The translations under genes and the position numbers were made by a program. A model generated the notes under the pieces. It saw only the letters and a program-made list of their open reading frames with translations, ran no database searches and had not been told where the DNA came from. Below, piece after piece: positions 27,899 through 41,232 of a stretch of DNA of 61,169 nt. The DNA is from Clostridia bacterium (GTDB lineage: Bacteria > Bacillota > Clostridia > TANB77 > CAG-508), in contig JAGHJM010000099.1 of NCBI GenBank assembly GCA_017886645.1, positions 1 to 61,169 of the forward strand, in the 5' to 3' direction. Within the stretch, counting starts at the first letter, position 1. Every line of letters starts with the position of its first letter.

Positions 27899-29512
27899 TT
27901 AATTTTTCTCTTCCATATATTTTTTTGCAGCCTGTATTAATCCTACAAATAAAGGATGTGGTTTGTCTGGTCTTGATGTAAATTCTGGGTGAAATTGACT
28001 TGCTATAAAAAAATTATGATTAGGAATTTCTACCATTTCAACCAATTTTCCATCTGGAGATTTTCCTGAACACATTAGTCCATTTTTTTCTAATGCTTCT
28101 TTATATTCATTATTATATTCATATCTATGTCTATGTCTCTCTTTTATTTGTTTTTGCTTAAAAAGTTTTTGTGCAAGACTACCATCTTCTAATATACAAT
28201 CATAGCATCCTAGCCTCATAGTTCCACCTTTTTTAGTTATATTTTTCTGTTCATTCATTAAATGTATAACAGGGTTTTTACAATCTGGTGATATTTCTGT
28301 TGAATTTACATCTGGTAGATTAAGTACATTTCTTGCATATTCTATTACTGCCATTTGCATTCCTAAACAAATTCCCAAGAATGGAATATTATTTTCTCTA
28401 ACATATTTTATTGTTTCAATTTTTCCTTCTATTCCTCTATTTCCGAATCCTCCTGGAACTATAACTCCATCATATTTTGAAATTTTCTGTTCTACATTTT
28501 CTCTATTTATTGTTTCAGAATTTATAAAAGATATTTCTACAGGAACATTATTGGCAAATCCACCATGTTTTATGCTTTCAACTACTGATAAATATGCATC
28601 TTCCAATCTTACATATTTTCCTACAATTGCTATTTTTACTGGATTTCCGCTAATATTTTTTATTTTTTTTATTAATTTCTCCCATTCTTCATTCTTAGGT
28701 TCTACATTTTCTAATTGTAAGTGCTTGCATACTTGTACAGCTAATCCTTGCTTTTCCAACATTAAAGGCACTTCATATAAAATATTAGCATTATTATTTT
28801 CTATTACATTTTCTTTTCTAACATTACAAAACATTGCAATTTTTTGTTTCATGTCATCAGGTATTGGTAATTCTGTTCTACACACTAAAATGTCTGGCTT
28901 TATTCCTATTGATTGCAACTCTTTTACTGAGTGTTGAGTTGGTTTTGATTTTAATTCATTTGTCCCAAATATATGAGGCAATAAAGTTACATGTACATAT
29001 GCTACATCTTCTTTATCGTTTTCTAAGCCTATTTGCCTTATTGCTTCCATAAAAGGCAAACTTTCTATATCACCAACTGTTCCTCCTATTTCAGTTATTA
29101 CAATATCTACATCTTGATCTTTAAATTGGTAAATATTATTTTTTATTTCATTAGTAATATGGGGAATTACCTGTACTGTTTTTCCTAAATATGCCCCTTG
29201 TCTTTCTTTTCTAATTACCTCTGAATAAATTTTTCCAGTAGTAACACTTGAATTCCTGGTTAAACTTACATCTGTAAATCTTTCATAATGGCCTAAATCC
29301 AAATCGGTTTCTGCTCCATCCTCTGTTACAAATACTTCGCCATGTTCATATGGACTCATTGTTCCAGGATCAACATTTATATATGGATCAAATTTTTGAT
29401 TAACTATTTTATACCCCCTATTTTTAAGTAATCTTCCCAATGATGCTGCAGTAATCCCTTTTCCTAAACCTGATACCACTCCACCTGTTACAAAAATATA
29501 CTTTGTTTTCAT
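27899..29512 (-). CDS. pyrG: CTP synthase
   Basis: It carries [16 protein letters not shown] and the glutaminase motif GICLGMQ. Confidence 0.95.
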   Translation of the reverse strand: MKTKYIFVTGGVVSGLGKGITAASLGRLLKNRGYKIVNQKFDPYINVDPGTMSPYEHGEVFVTEDGAETDLDLGHYERFTDVSLTRNSSVTTGKIYSEVIRKERQGAYLGKTVQVIPHITNEIKNNIYQFKDQDVDIVITEIGGTVGDIESLPFMEAIRQIGLENDKEDVAYVHVTLLPHIFGTNELKSKPTQHSVKELQSIGIKPDILVCRTELPIPDDMKQKIAMFCNVRKENVIENNNANILYEVPLMLEKQGLAVQVCKHLQLENVEPKNEEWEKLIKKIKNISGNPVKIAIVGKYVRLEDAYLSVVESIKHGGFANNVPVEISFINSETINRENVEQKISKYDGVIVPGGFGNRGIEGKIETIKYVRENNIPFLGICLGMQMAVIEYARNVLNLPDVNSTEISPDCKNPVIHLMNEQKNITKKGGTMRLGCYDCILEDGSLAQKLFKQKQIKERHRHRYEYNNEYKEALEKNGLMCSGKSPDGKLVEMVEIPNHNFFIASQFHPEFTSRPDKPHPLFVGLIQAAKKYMEEKN

Positions 29513-29515
29513 TTA

Positions 29516-32500
29516 TTATACCTCCCCATAATTTAATTCTATTTCATAACAATTCCAATTTCTATTTGCTAAACATATAAATGATTTCTCTACTTTTTTC
29601 TCAAGCGATTGTTCTAATGCTTTTTTATATATTTCTAGTTGTTTTGCATATTTATTTACAACATTTTTTTCTTGACCTACGCCAACATAGTCAGTTTTAT
29701 AATCAACTAATATAAGATGGTCATTTTTATCAATAAAGTATAAGTCCATTACTCCTTGTACTAAAATTTTTTCATCTGAGTTAACGTCACTATATATTTC
29801 TTTTGAAGGTATACTTATATAAAAAGGTTGCTCTTTATATACTTTCTTTGCATCCCTTATCTGAGTAAAAATATTGGATTTAGTATATTTCAGCAATAAC
29901 TCTATATCTATTTTTTTAGATTCTTCTTCAGATATATATTGTTTTAATACTAACTGATTAATAAGTTCTTTAATTTCTCGCATATCATATTCTTTCTTCT
30001 CGTCTATTCTTTGTACACACATATGCATTAGTGTTCCTATTTGGGCTTTTGATATTTCATTATTTTTCAAGAACTTAGGTTTATCCAACGATATGTTTTT
30101 ATTTTCCCCAATTATTTTTAAATTTTCTATAGAATCTTCTGCATTAATATATTTGGTATTCTCCTTTATTTTTGTAACACTAGTCTTAGTTGGAAGTAAT
30201 GTAGAATTTAAAAAACTATAGTTCCAATTTATTCTTTCTTTAAGTTCTTTTATTTCTTTTTTATTATAATCTTCTTCTGCTTTTTTTCTTATAGTATCTA
30301 GCATATCATTTTCTTTATCACTTGAATTTTTTAATTCTTTTATTAAGTCTTTCTTTTTCACTACATTAAATTCAATAAGATTATCTAAATCATTTTTTAT
30401 ATAAATTAGTTCTATCCAATCTAAATATGATTTGTATCTTTCTACAATATTACTTTTAACTTCATTATTGTAAGTTTTTAAAATATCTTCCTTATCTTTT
30501 AACTCTTTTTTTACATCTTTGCTTGTTGCTGTAATAATAAGTTTTTCTTTTGCCCTAGTTAGAGCAACATATAATACTCTTTCTTCTTCCGAAATAATTT
30601 CTTTTTTAGCTTTTATTTTTATTGCTTCCTTCGCTAAAGTATTATATTCCATTCTATTTTCCATATCTATATACTTAGGTCCAAGTCCTAAATCTTGATG
30701 CAGTATAATATTATCATTTAAGTCTTTCATATTAAATTTTTTTCCCATATTGCATAAGAATACTATCGGAAATTCAAGACCTTTACTTTTATGAATGCTC
30801 ATTATTCTAACAACATTTTCATTTTCACCAATTAATTTAGCACTAGACAAGTCTCCTCCACTATTTCTTAGTTTATCAATAAAATTAATAAATTGAAATA
30901 ATCCATTAAAATTCGTACTTTCAAATTCTCTTGCTTTTTCAAATAAAATTTTTAGGTTTGCCTGTCTTAATGCTCCATTAGGCATTAAACTTACATAATG
31001 ATAATATCCTGTATCTATATATATTTGCCATATAAATTCTTCTAATGATAAATGTTCTACATCCTTTCTCCATTTATCTAACCTATCTAATAATTTTGAA
31101 ATTTTTTGTTTTATTTTATCATTTACTCTTGTCCTAGATTTTAACATTGCTTCATAAAAACTACATTTTTTATCTGTAAGCCTTATTTCTATTAAATCAT
31201 TATCTGAAAATCCACCAATGCATGATCTTAAAATAGTAACCAATGGGATATCTTGAATAGGATTATCTATTATTTTTAGCAAAGCAATCATTGTTTGTAT
31301 TTCAATTGAATCTAAATATGTACTCGAAAAATCGCTAAACACTTTTATTCCAACTTCTAATAACTCTTTTTCATATATTGGAGCTATATTGTTGGTGGTT
31401 CTTAACAAAATTGATATATCTTTGTTTTCTAATTTCCTTTTACCCTTTTTTTTATCAAAAACTTCCATGTCGCTATTTAGCATTTCTTTTATTTTCTTTG
31501 CTACAAATCTAGCTTCTAATATAATATCATCTATTCTTTCTTCTGTTTCTTCGTCTTCTAAATCATCTGTATTTGTTTTTGTTACTTCTTCTAATTCACT
31601 TTCTTCTTCATCTTTTACATCAATAACATAAATTTCGGATTTTTCTTTTTGTTCTGGATAATTTGCTCCATAGTTTAAAAATTCTTCCTCTGTATATGAT
31701 ATTTCTCCTATTTGTTTACTCATAATATTTTTAAATATTTGGTTTGTTATTTCTAATATATTTTTCCTACTTCTAAAATTTTTAAAGAGTTGTATTTTTT
31801 CTCCAATTTCGTTTCTTTCCTTTAACTTATAATTTTCATATTTGTCTAAAAACAATTCTGGTCTTGCTTGTCTAAATCTGTAAATGCTTTGTTTAACATC
31901 TCCAACCATAAAAATGTTGTTTCCTCTTGATATACTATTTAATATATATTCTTGTACCAAATTACTATCTTGATATTCGTCCACATCTATTTCAATAAAT
32001 TTATCCATATAATATTGTGCTGCTTTTGTTTTTTTACTATTTTTACCTATAAGTATATCTAATGCAAAATGTTCAATATCATTAAAATCTATTACATTTT
32101 TTTCTTTCTTAGTTTTTGAAAATCTATTTTTAAATTCTATAACTAGTTCTGATAAATCTTTTAAAGTTAAGTACATTCCATTTATGTCTTTATTTATTTC
32201 ACCTGATGGATAAACCATAACTTTTGAAATAATTTTATTAAACTCTTTTTTTACATTATCTCTTACTTCTTTTGCTTCATTTTTTAAATCCATTGTGACT
32301 TTTTTATCTGTAGGCCATTTCAACCATGAAATATTGTTTACTTTATTGTAGATTTCATCCCATTTATAGTTTTTATTTATTGATTTTAAGTTTTCTATGT
32401 CTTGAATTAGTACTGCACTAAATTTAGATAGTTCTATATATTTAGCAACTTCTTTATATACCTGTTCAAGTTTAATTACACAATCTTCAATTTTTAAAAA

Positions 32501-33169
32501 TAAATCATCTATTATAATTTTTCCCCATTTTGTTTCCGAAAAATCTATACCATTGTTATAATTAAACTCTTCTATTTTTTCTTTTAACCATTCTTCTGGG
32601 AAAGGAATACTTTGAATAAATTCATATAATTTTATAACCAATTCTTTAAGATTGTCATCACTTCTATAGTTAGTATACATTTGAACCAATTTTAAAAATT
32701 TTTCATCTTCTACTTCATATTTCTCTTCAAATAATTCTTCTATAACATCTTGTTTTATTAACTCAATTTCTGTTGAATCTCCTATACGAAAGTTAGCTGA
32801 AACATCAATTTCAAAAAAGTTATTTCTTATAACATCTAAACAAAAGGCATGTATTGTACAAATACTTGCCTTGTTTAATAAATTTATTTGTTTTTGAAGA
32901 TGAAGATTCTCTGGATCTTCTTCTAATTTTTTATATATTGCTTCTAATATTCTTTCTCTCATTTCTGAAGCTGCTGCGTTTGTAAAAGTAACTACTAATA
33001 TATCATTTATATTTACTTTTTCATTTATAACTTTGTTTATTATTCTTTCTACTAATACAGCTGTTTTTCCGCTTCCAGCAGCAGCAGCTACTAGAATATT
33101 AGAATTTTTTTCATTTATAGCTAATTTTTGTTCTTCTGTCCATTTTGTATCTGACATTTTTTTCTCCAT
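29516..33169 (-). CDS. addA: ATP-dependent helicase/nuclease AddA (UvrD-like helicase with a RecB-type nuclease)
   Basis: It has the Walker A motif AAAGSGKT, DEYQDS, and the C-terminal nuclease pattern GVMDLYF..VDYKTD. Confidence 0.85.
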   Translation of the reverse strand: MEKKMSDTKWTEEQKLAINEKNSNILVAAAAGSGKTAVLVERIINKVINEKVNINDILVVTFTNAAASEMRERILEAIYKKLEEDPENLHLQKQINLLNKASICTIHAFCLDVIRNNFFEIDVSANFRIGDSTEIELIKQDVIEELFEEKYEVEDEKFLKLVQMYTNYRSDDNLKELVIKLYEFIQSIPFPEEWLKEKIEEFNYNNGIDFSETKWGKIIIDDLFLKIEDCVIKLEQVYKEVAKYIELSKFSAVLIQDIENLKSINKNYKWDEIYNKVNNISWLKWPTDKKVTMDLKNEAKEVRDNVKKEFNKIISKVMVYPSGEINKDINGMYLTLKDLSELVIEFKNRFSKTKKEKNVIDFNDIEHFALDILIGKNSKKTKAAQYYMDKFIEIDVDEYQDSNLVQEYILNSISRGNNIFMVGDVKQSIYRFRQARPELFLDKYENYKLKERNEIGEKIQLFKNFRSRKNILEITNQIFKNIMSKQIGEISYTEEEFLNYGANYPEQKEKSEIYVIDVKDEEESELEEVTKTNTDDLEDEETEERIDDIILEARFVAKKIKEMLNSDMEVFDKKKGKRKLENKDISILLRTTNNIAPIYEKELLEVGIKVFSDFSSTYLDSIEIQTMIALLKIIDNPIQDIPLVTILRSCIGGFSDNDLIEIRLTDKKCSFYEAMLKSRTRVNDKIKQKISKLLDRLDKWRKDVEHLSLEEFIWQIYIDTGYYHYVSLMPNGALRQANLKILFEKAREFESTNFNGLFQFINFIDKLRNSGGDLSSAKLIGENENVVRIMSIHKSKGLEFPIVFLCNMGKKFNMKDLNDNIILHQDLGLGPKYIDMENRMEYNTLAKEAIKIKAKKEIISEEERVLYVALTRAKEKLIITATSKDVKKELKDKEDILKTYNNEVKSNIVERYKSYLDWIELIYIKNDLDNLIEFNVVKKKDLIKELKNSSDKENDMLDTIRKKAEEDYNKKEIKELKERINWNYSFLNSTLLPTKTSVTKIKENTKYINAEDSIENLKIIGENKNISLDKPKFLKNNEISKAQIGTLMHMCVQRIDEKKEYDMREIKELINQLVLKQYISEEESKKIDIELLLKYTKSNIFTQIRDAKKVYKEQPFYISIPSKEIYSDVNSDEKILVQGVMDLYFIDKNDHLILVDYKTDYVGVGQEKNVVNKYAKQLEIYKKALEQSLEKKVEKSFICLANRNWNCYEIELNYGEV

Positions 33170-33178
33170 CTTCTATTT

Positions 33179-34654
33179 TTATTGTTGAGCTTGCATATTA
33201 CTATTTGTTTGCCCCTGATTTTGCTGTTCACTAGTTATATTGTTTTGCTCTGTTGTTTGATTACTATTTTGAGCTGTATTATTTTCCGTTGTATTTGTTT
33301 CTTGTGTATTATTTTCCCCACCATTTTGTTCATAATATTGATTTATGAATTCTATTAAATTGATAGTTTGTTCATTTATTGTCATGTAGTATGTTGTTTC
33401 TCCATTCATAGTAACTGAATATATTGAATCCATAGCACAGTCAAATATAATATTACCATTAACATCTGCTAATCCATACTTTCCTGCATTTCCAATAACA
33501 ATTGCATTATACTCTGGTATTAATAAAACATTGTGGCTTGAACTACTTGAAGTTGATACATTACATCCTAATCTATCATATTCTATTGGTATTACTGTAT
33601 TTCCATTTTTGTCCATCAATCCCCATTTTTGATCTCTCATAACAGGTATATATGCATCATATAATAAATATTGGTTTCTAATAGTATTTGTTGAGAATGC
33701 ATTAGGATCTACTCCAATTTTATCATACTCAATGTATAGTATAATTCTTCCGGTTTCATTTACTACTCCATATTTACCATCGTTACTCACTAAATACAAG
33801 TTTAAGTTTTTATCTATATGTTTTACATCATCATATTCTGGAGTAATTTTAGTTGTAGAATCATATGATATTATTCCCATCTTGTTATCTTCTGTTTTTA
33901 CTATGAAATCCATTGTACTTTCAACAAATGTTACTTCTGTATATTTTGTTCCCAATACTTCTTGTCTTTGTGCATCCTGAGAAACATTTATTACACCATA
34001 TAATCCATCTGTATTAGTTACAACTAACATATCATATAGTATTGCTTTCTTATTTTCAAAACTTGCATTAGAGTTTCCAATAGCTGAATTTTTATATCTT
34101 GATGAATACCATGTAGTTAAATATGGTAATGTAAGTATTCTTATCTGATTTTGCTCTGCACTATAAATAAATTGAACATTAAATCCCTTTTCTATTCCAT
34201 CCATTGAAGCATATAATTTTCCATTAACCATTTTTACTTCTTTATCCATTGTATAGTATTCATAATTATTATCATTTCCTGCCATCTTTTTATATACTGT
34301 TGCTGAATTCATTTCATAATATGCGTTTTCTTGTGTACTTCTTACATAGCATTTAGTTTCATCTTCTGAAATTTCATCACCGTTATAAGATTCATAATCT
34401 AAATAAGATGCAATGTCCTTTATTGCACAATATACTGTATTATCTTCAAATAAAAATAAATCTGTTGGTATAGTTTGCATACTTACATTGTCTATACTTA
34501 CTTTTAACATTGAATTTCTTAAATAAAATACCCATGCTGTCAACCCTATAATAATAAATAATAATATAACAATTAAAACAATTATTATTGTCATAATTTT
34601 TTTAGTATTGTTATTCTTTTTTACGCCCATATTTGTGTCATCAATAAGGTTCAT
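33179..34654 (-). CDS. membrane-anchored WG-repeat protein
   Basis: An N-terminal TM helix is followed by repeated YGVVN..G..I.P.EYD and WGLMDKNGNTVIPIEYD units, then a Q/N/T-rich tail. Confidence 0.6.
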   Translation of the reverse strand: MNLIDDTNMGVKKNNNTKKIMTIIIVLIVILLFIIIGLTAWVFYLRNSMLKVSIDNVSMQTIPTDLFLFEDNTVYCAIKDIASYLDYESYNGDEISEDETKCYVRSTQENAYYEMNSATVYKKMAGNDNNYEYYTMDKEVKMVNGKLYASMDGIEKGFNVQFIYSAEQNQIRILTLPYLTTWYSSRYKNSAIGNSNASFENKKAILYDMLVVTNTDGLYGVINVSQDAQRQEVLGTKYTEVTFVESTMDFIVKTEDNKMGIISYDSTTKITPEYDDVKHIDKNLNLYLVSNDGKYGVVNETGRIILYIEYDKIGVDPNAFSTNTIRNQYLLYDAYIPVMRDQKWGLMDKNGNTVIPIEYDRLGCNVSTSSSSSHNVLLIPEYNAIVIGNAGKYGLADVNGNIIFDCAMDSIYSVTMNGETTYYMTINEQTINLIEFINQYYEQNGGENNTQETNTTENNTAQNSNQTTEQNNITSEQQNQGQTNSNMQAQQ

Positions 34655-34666
34655 AGCATCCTCCTT

Positions 34667-35806
<1,140 letters not shown>

Positions 35807-35950
35807 CTAAAATATATTATTGTACTTTTAATATGATTTATAGTATCATATTTTGCATATTTATACAAGTAATTTAAGCACATATTATTGGCAAACTTAT
35901 ATATCAAAAGAAAAGGAAATTCCAATTTAGAATTCCCCTTATTATATTAT

Positions 35951-36976
35951 TTATTTTATAAACATTGCATCTCCAAAACTGAAGAAACGATATTTTTCTT
36001 TTACAGCTTCTCTATATGCTTTCATTATAAAGTCCTTCCCTGCTAATGCTGAAACTAACATAATTAATGTAGACTCTGGTAAGTGAAAATTTGTTATTAA
36101 TGCATCTAAACATTTAAATTTATACCCTGGGTAAATGAATATACTTGTATCTTTTTCAGTTGCCTCCACCATACCATTTTCATCTGCAATTGATTCCAAT
36201 ACTCTGCAAGAAGTCGTTCCTACTGCAATAACTCTTTTCCCTGCTTTTTTAGCTCTATTTATTTTGTCTGCATCTTCCTGTTTTATATAGAAATGTTCTG
36301 AATGCATATTATGTTCTTCAACATTTTCTACTTTTACAGGTCTAAAAGTACCGATTCCAACATGTAAAGTCACATTTGCTATTTCTACACCTTTTTCTTG
36401 TATTTTTTTCAATAATTCATTTGTAAAATGTAAGCCAGCAGTTGGAGCAGCAGCAGACCCTTCATACTTAGCATAAACTGTTTGGTATCTATCTTTTTCC
36501 TTCAATTTTTCATGAATATATGGTGGTAATGGCATTAGACCTATTTTATCTAATATTTCGTTAAATATTCCATTATATTCAAATTTTACTTTTCTATTTC
36601 CATTTTCCATTTTTTCTAGTATCTCTGCCTTTAAAATTCCGTCACCAAAAGTAACTTTTACTCCAGGCATAAGTCTTCTTCCTGGTCTTACCATTACTTC
36701 CCATATGTCCCCGTCAATTCTGTTTAAAAGCAAAAATTCTATATTTGCTCCTGTTTCTTCTTTTATTCCATATAATCTTGCTGGAATAACTTTTGTATTG
36801 TTCCTAACTAAGCAATCTCCTGGATTTAGATAATCTATAATATCTTTAAATATCTTATTTTCTATAGTTTTATTTTTTCTGTCTAATACCATTAGCCTAG
36901 ATTCATCCCTGTCTTTTATAGGTACTTGTGCTATTAATTCTTTTGGTAAATCATAATTAAAATCTGATACTTTCAT
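35951..36976 (-). CDS. queA: S-adenosylmethionine:tRNA ribosyltransferase-isomerase
   Basis: It carries [24 protein letters not shown] and [10 protein letters not shown]. Confidence 0.95.
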   Translation of the reverse strand: MKVSDFNYDLPKELIAQVPIKDRDESRLMVLDRKNKTIENKIFKDIIDYLNPGDCLVRNNTKVIPARLYGIKEETGANIEFLLLNRIDGDIWEVMVRPGRRLMPGVKVTFGDGILKAEILEKMENGNRKVKFEYNGIFNEILDKIGLMPLPPYIHEKLKEKDRYQTVYAKYEGSAAAPTAGLHFTNELLKKIQEKGVEIANVTLHVGIGTFRPVKVENVEEHNMHSEHFYIKQEDADKINRAKKAGKRVIAVGTTSCRVLESIADENGMVEATEKDTSIFIYPGYKFKCLDALITNFHLPESTLIMLVSALAGKDFIMKAYREAVKEKYRFFSFGDAMFIK

Positions 36977-38367
36977 CTATTACTCCACCCTATTTCCATG
37001 TCTTCTTTATCTGTAGAAAATAATTTTTCTATTCTATTTATAATACTTTGTATTTCTTCTATTATATTTTCTGGTTCTTCTAATGCATCCATTTTATATG
37101 CATATGCAAAACTTGATCTTTTAGCTGTTTTAATAGTATATATTTCTTCTGGTAATCCTATTTTTTCTCCATTAGCAGATTTTATTTCTTTTCTCATATA
37201 ATCAATATACCACTGTTTTAACCCAACCATATCTTCACTTCTATATCCATATTCTTCATAACTATGTAGCTCTGGTCTTTCAAAACCATTTTCTTCTGCA
37301 TTTCTTTCCAAAGTATGTAAGAATTCGTGTATAAAGACTTCTTCTGGGAACATATTTACTCTTGCATTATATGTAAAACTATAGTTGCTTTTATCTGGAA
37401 TTTTTACATTGGAATATCCTATTCCAAAATAGTCCATTCCACCTAATCCTATCCAATCATGAATTCCACCTTCAAAGTTCTTATTTATATCTCCTAGTCT
37501 CATTACTATAAATATATGATCATAGTTTCCTTCTTTTACATATTGATTTATTAAACTATATACATCCTCTGGTGCTGCATAATATCCATTTTCTGAATCA
37601 TATGATATACTTGTAATTGGCTCTGCTATTTCTATTATGTCGTAATCAGCTGTCATTCTATTTTCACTCATTTGTGCTATACTTGTTTTAAATCTAGCTA
37701 TATTTGACTTAATATTATTTACATCTGTAGCATCCATACTTAATTTAACATTTTTTTCTAAGTTATTCTCTTCTTTTTTTATATTTGCATTCTCTATTAT
37801 AAAAAAACCAAACTTCCATTCATTTGATACATCTTGTGTTCCTTCTTCTACAACAAAATCAGAAAACCACGCTTTTCCTCTAGATTTTTCTTGAAATCCA
37901 CCTAGCCTAAAACCTATATTAACTGTTTCTCTATTCTTTGAGTTAAACAGAAATTCTACCTTAGTCCAATCATTATTTCCCACCAAAAATTCTGATCTTT
38001 CTGTTGTATCTTCAATGCAAATATGTGCACCACCTGTTTTTGTATCATTTAAGTTTTCTACTTGTTCTGTTTTCACCATACAAGTTACTCTATATGGAGT
38101 ATTAGGAGTAACTTGTACTTCTTGATAAAACATTGCATCATTATAATCTGCATTATCTATTTTATAACTATTAGAATCGCTATATTTTATTTCCTTATCT
38201 CTTTGAAAAGAAGTAACTCCTGTTTCTCTCACACTTTTAGTAAAATTGTGAAAATTATATTTATTATATATTGATAAAAATGCAATAATAAATATTACAA
38301 ATATTATTAACCATATAATCCTTACAACTAACTTACTTTTCTGCTTTTGCATAAAAATCTCCTTCAA
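36973..38367 (-). CDS. membrane-anchored protein with a beta-sandwich (CBM-like) region and an HExxH motif; putative metallopeptidase
   Basis: It has an N-terminal TM helix and the motif [11 protein letters not shown]. Its stop overlaps the queA start by 4 nt. Confidence 0.4.
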   Translation of the reverse strand: MKEIFMQKQKSKLVVRIIWLIIFVIFIIAFLSIYNKYNFHNFTKSVRETGVTSFQRDKEIKYSDSNSYKIDNADYNDAMFYQEVQVTPNTPYRVTCMVKTEQVENLNDTKTGGAHICIEDTTERSEFLVGNNDWTKVEFLFNSKNRETVNIGFRLGGFQEKSRGKAWFSDFVVEEGTQDVSNEWKFGFFIIENANIKKEENNLEKNVKLSMDATDVNNIKSNIARFKTSIAQMSENRMTADYDIIEIAEPITSISYDSENGYYAAPEDVYSLINQYVKEGNYDHIFIVMRLGDINKNFEGGIHDWIGLGGMDYFGIGYSNVKIPDKSNYSFTYNARVNMFPEEVFIHEFLHTLERNAEENGFERPELHSYEEYGYRSEDMVGLKQWYIDYMRKEIKSANGEKIGLPEEIYTIKTAKRSSFAYAYKMDALEEPENIIEEIQSIINRIEKLFSTDKEDMEIGWSNR

Positions 38368-38369
38368 TG

Positions 38370-41144
38370 TTATTTCATTTTTTTCATAACTTCACTACAT
38401 CTATGACATAAAGTAGGATATTCTTTATTTTCTCCAACACTTGTAGAATATGTCCAGCATCTTTCGCATTTTTGTCCATCTGCTTTTTCTACTTTAACTC
38501 CAATTTTTTCTGCATCTTTTCTTTCATTTTTTTCAATATCTAGTCCAGAAACTATAAACACTTCTTTTAATAAATGTTTATTTTCTGCTAAGAAGCTATA
38601 TTCTTCTCCGTCCGCATATAGAGTAACTTTAGCATCTAAAGAATTTCCTATAGTTTTATTTGCTCTTTCAACTTCTAAATCTTTTGCCACTATATCTTTT
38701 AGAGCTATTATTTTTTTCCATTTTTCTGATAGTTCTCTATTATCATATTTGCTATTGGATTTTGGCCAATATGTTAACATTACACTTTCAACTTGTTCTT
38801 CTTTTTTATGTGGCATATATTTCCATATTTCTTCTGCTGTATATACAGTCATAGGTGCTAATATCTTTACCAAAGCATCTAAAATAGTGTACATTGTTGT
38901 TTGTGCGGCTCTTCTTTCTTTAGAATCTTTTAAAGATGTATATAATCTATCTTTTATAATATCTAAATAGAATGTACTCATATCATTAACACAAAATTGA
39001 TTTATATCATGATATACTAAATGGAAATCATAGTTTTCATAGTTTTTAGTACAATCTTTTACTAATTTATTTAATCTTGTTAATGCCCATTTATCTATTT
39101 CTTCTAAATCTTCATATGCCACAGGATTCTCTGGATCGTAGTCAAATGTATTTCCTAAAATATATCTTGCTGTATTTCTTATTTTTCTATATACTTCAGA
39201 AATTTGTTTTAATATTCCTTTTGAAATACTAACATCTGACTTAAAGTCTGAAGAAAGTACCCAAAGTCTTAATATATCTGCGCCATATTCTTTAATTATA
39301 TCTTGAGGTGCTATTCCATTTCCCAAAGATTTAGACATTTTTCTTCCTTGATCATCTACTATAAATCCGTGTGTTAAAACTTGCTTATATGGAGCTATTC
39401 CATTTACTGCAACAGATGTAAGTAATGATGACTGGAACCATCCTCTATATTGATCTTGACCTTCTAGATATAAATCTGCAGGATAGTTTATTCCTCTTTC
39501 TACTAGCACTCCCTGATGTGATGAACCGGAGTCAAACCATACATCCATTATATCTGTTTCCTTTTTGAACTCTTTACATCCACAATGAGGACAAGTTGCT
39601 CCTTCTGGCATTAAATCTTTTTCTTCTTCATCAAACCAGGCATTTGAACCTTTTTTTCTAAATATTTCTTGAATTTTCTTTATACTTTCGTCTGTAACAT
39701 ATTCTTTACCACAATCTTTACAATAAAATATTGGAATTGGCACTCCCCATGTACGTTGTCTAGAAATACACCAGTCATTTCTATCTCTAATCATTTCAGA
39801 AATTCTTTCTTCCCCCCATGAAGGAAACCATTTTACCTTTTTCACTTGTTCTAAAGTTTCTTTTCTAAAACCATCTACTGATGCAAACCATTGGTCTGTT
39901 GCTCTATAAATTATAGGTTTTTTACATCTCCAACAATGTGGATATGAGTGTAATATTTCTTCTTGTTGTAAAAGGTATCCATTTTCATCTAACCATTTTA
40001 TAATTTCTGTATTTGATTTTGCATAATACATTCCTGCAAATGGACCTGCACCTTCTGTTTGATGTCCTTTTGCATCCACTGTAACTACAACATCTAATCC
40101 ATTCTTTAAACCACATAAATAGTCTTCTTTACCATATCCAGGTGCTGTATGAACTGCTCCAGTACCCATTTCTAAGTCTACTTTAACTGTATCATCACTT
40201 CCTAGAACAACCTTTGAAGTTCTATCCAAAAATGGATGTTTACACAAAGCTCCTTCAATTTGTGAACCTTTAAAAGTTTTTATTATTTTATAGTTTTCAA
40301 TTTTTGCTTCTTTCATTACCTTGTCTACAAGTTCTTTTGCTATAACTAATTTTTCTTCGTTTGCTTCTACAACAGCATATTCAAATTCTCCATCTATTGT
40401 AATTCCCATATTTCCTGGTAATGTCCATGGTGTTGTTGTCCAAATAACAATCGAAGTATCTTTTGTTAATACTCCATTTCCTTCTACAACTGGAAATTTT
40501 ACATATATAGATACAGCTTTGCTATCTTTATATTCAATTTCTGCTTCTGCCAATGCTGTTTCACATTCTGTGCACCAAAATACTGGTTTTAATCCTTTAT
40601 ATATATATCCTTTTTTATACATATCACCAAAAACGCCAATTTGTCTTGATTCAAATTCTGGCTTTAGTGTAATATATGGATTCTTCCAATCTCCCAATAC
40701 TCCAAGTCTTTTAAATCCTTCTGATTGTTTTTCAACAAACCCTAATGCAAAATCTCTACAAGTATTTCTAAAATTGTTTATTCCAACTTTTTCTCTGTCT
40801 AAGCCTAACACTTCAATAGCTTTTCTTTCTGTTGGAAGTCCATGTGTATCGTATCCAGGAACATATGGTGTATAATACCCTTCTAGGTTTTTAAACCTAT
40901 TTATTGTATCTTTTAAAATTTTGTTTAATGCATGTCCCAAATGAATTTCTCCATTTGCATATGGAGGTCCATCATGCAATACAAATGCTTCTTTTCCTTC
41001 ATTTTTCTTTAACATTTTTTCATACAAATCATTTTCAAAAACTTCTTCTTTTATCTTTGGCTCATTTTCTGGTAAATTTCCTCTCATTGGAAATTCTGTT
41101 TTTGGTAGATTCAATGTTTCTCCATAATTTTTCTTTTCTTCCAT
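38370..41144 (-). CDS. ileS: isoleucyl-tRNA synthetase
   Basis: It has the HIGH motif (HLGHALNK), KMSKS (RKMSKSLGN) and C-terminal Zn-finger cysteines. Confidence 0.95.
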   Translation of the reverse strand: MEEKKNYGETLNLPKTEFPMRGNLPENEPKIKEEVFENDLYEKMLKKNEGKEAFVLHDGPPYANGEIHLGHALNKILKDTINRFKNLEGYYTPYVPGYDTHGLPTERKAIEVLGLDREKVGINNFRNTCRDFALGFVEKQSEGFKRLGVLGDWKNPYITLKPEFESRQIGVFGDMYKKGYIYKGLKPVFWCTECETALAEAEIEYKDSKAVSIYVKFPVVEGNGVLTKDTSIVIWTTTPWTLPGNMGITIDGEFEYAVVEANEEKLVIAKELVDKVMKEAKIENYKIIKTFKGSQIEGALCKHPFLDRTSKVVLGSDDTVKVDLEMGTGAVHTAPGYGKEDYLCGLKNGLDVVVTVDAKGHQTEGAGPFAGMYYAKSNTEIIKWLDENGYLLQQEEILHSYPHCWRCKKPIIYRATDQWFASVDGFRKETLEQVKKVKWFPSWGEERISEMIRDRNDWCISRQRTWGVPIPIFYCKDCGKEYVTDESIKKIQEIFRKKGSNAWFDEEEKDLMPEGATCPHCGCKEFKKETDIMDVWFDSGSSHQGVLVERGINYPADLYLEGQDQYRGWFQSSLLTSVAVNGIAPYKQVLTHGFIVDDQGRKMSKSLGNGIAPQDIIKEYGADILRLWVLSSDFKSDVSISKGILKQISEVYRKIRNTARYILGNTFDYDPENPVAYEDLEEIDKWALTRLNKLVKDCTKNYENYDFHLVYHDINQFCVNDMSTFYLDIIKDRLYTSLKDSKERRAAQTTMYTILDALVKILAPMTVYTAEEIWKYMPHKKEEQVESVMLTYWPKSNSKYDNRELSEKWKKIIALKDIVAKDLEVERANKTIGNSLDAKVTLYADGEEYSFLAENKHLLKEVFIVSGLDIEKNERKDAEKIGVKVEKADGQKCERCWTYSTSVGENKEYPTLCHRCSEVMKKMK

Positions 41145-41232
41145 ACTTTTCCTCCCTCTTGAAAATGTTTTTTGTTTTGAAATTTAGTTCTATATTGTAA
41201 ATTTTTACAAACTTATAATATAGAATTACTCC

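Noticed and set aside
40321-40875. A 184-aa plus-strand ORF. Other similar antisense ORFs include 17123-17557, 58648-59139, 28551-28937 and 2396-3217.
   Set aside because: All lie antisense inside confidently identified minus-strand genes, have Ser/Phe/Ile/Leu-rich composition typical of antisense AT-rich coding DNA, and lack SD sequences.
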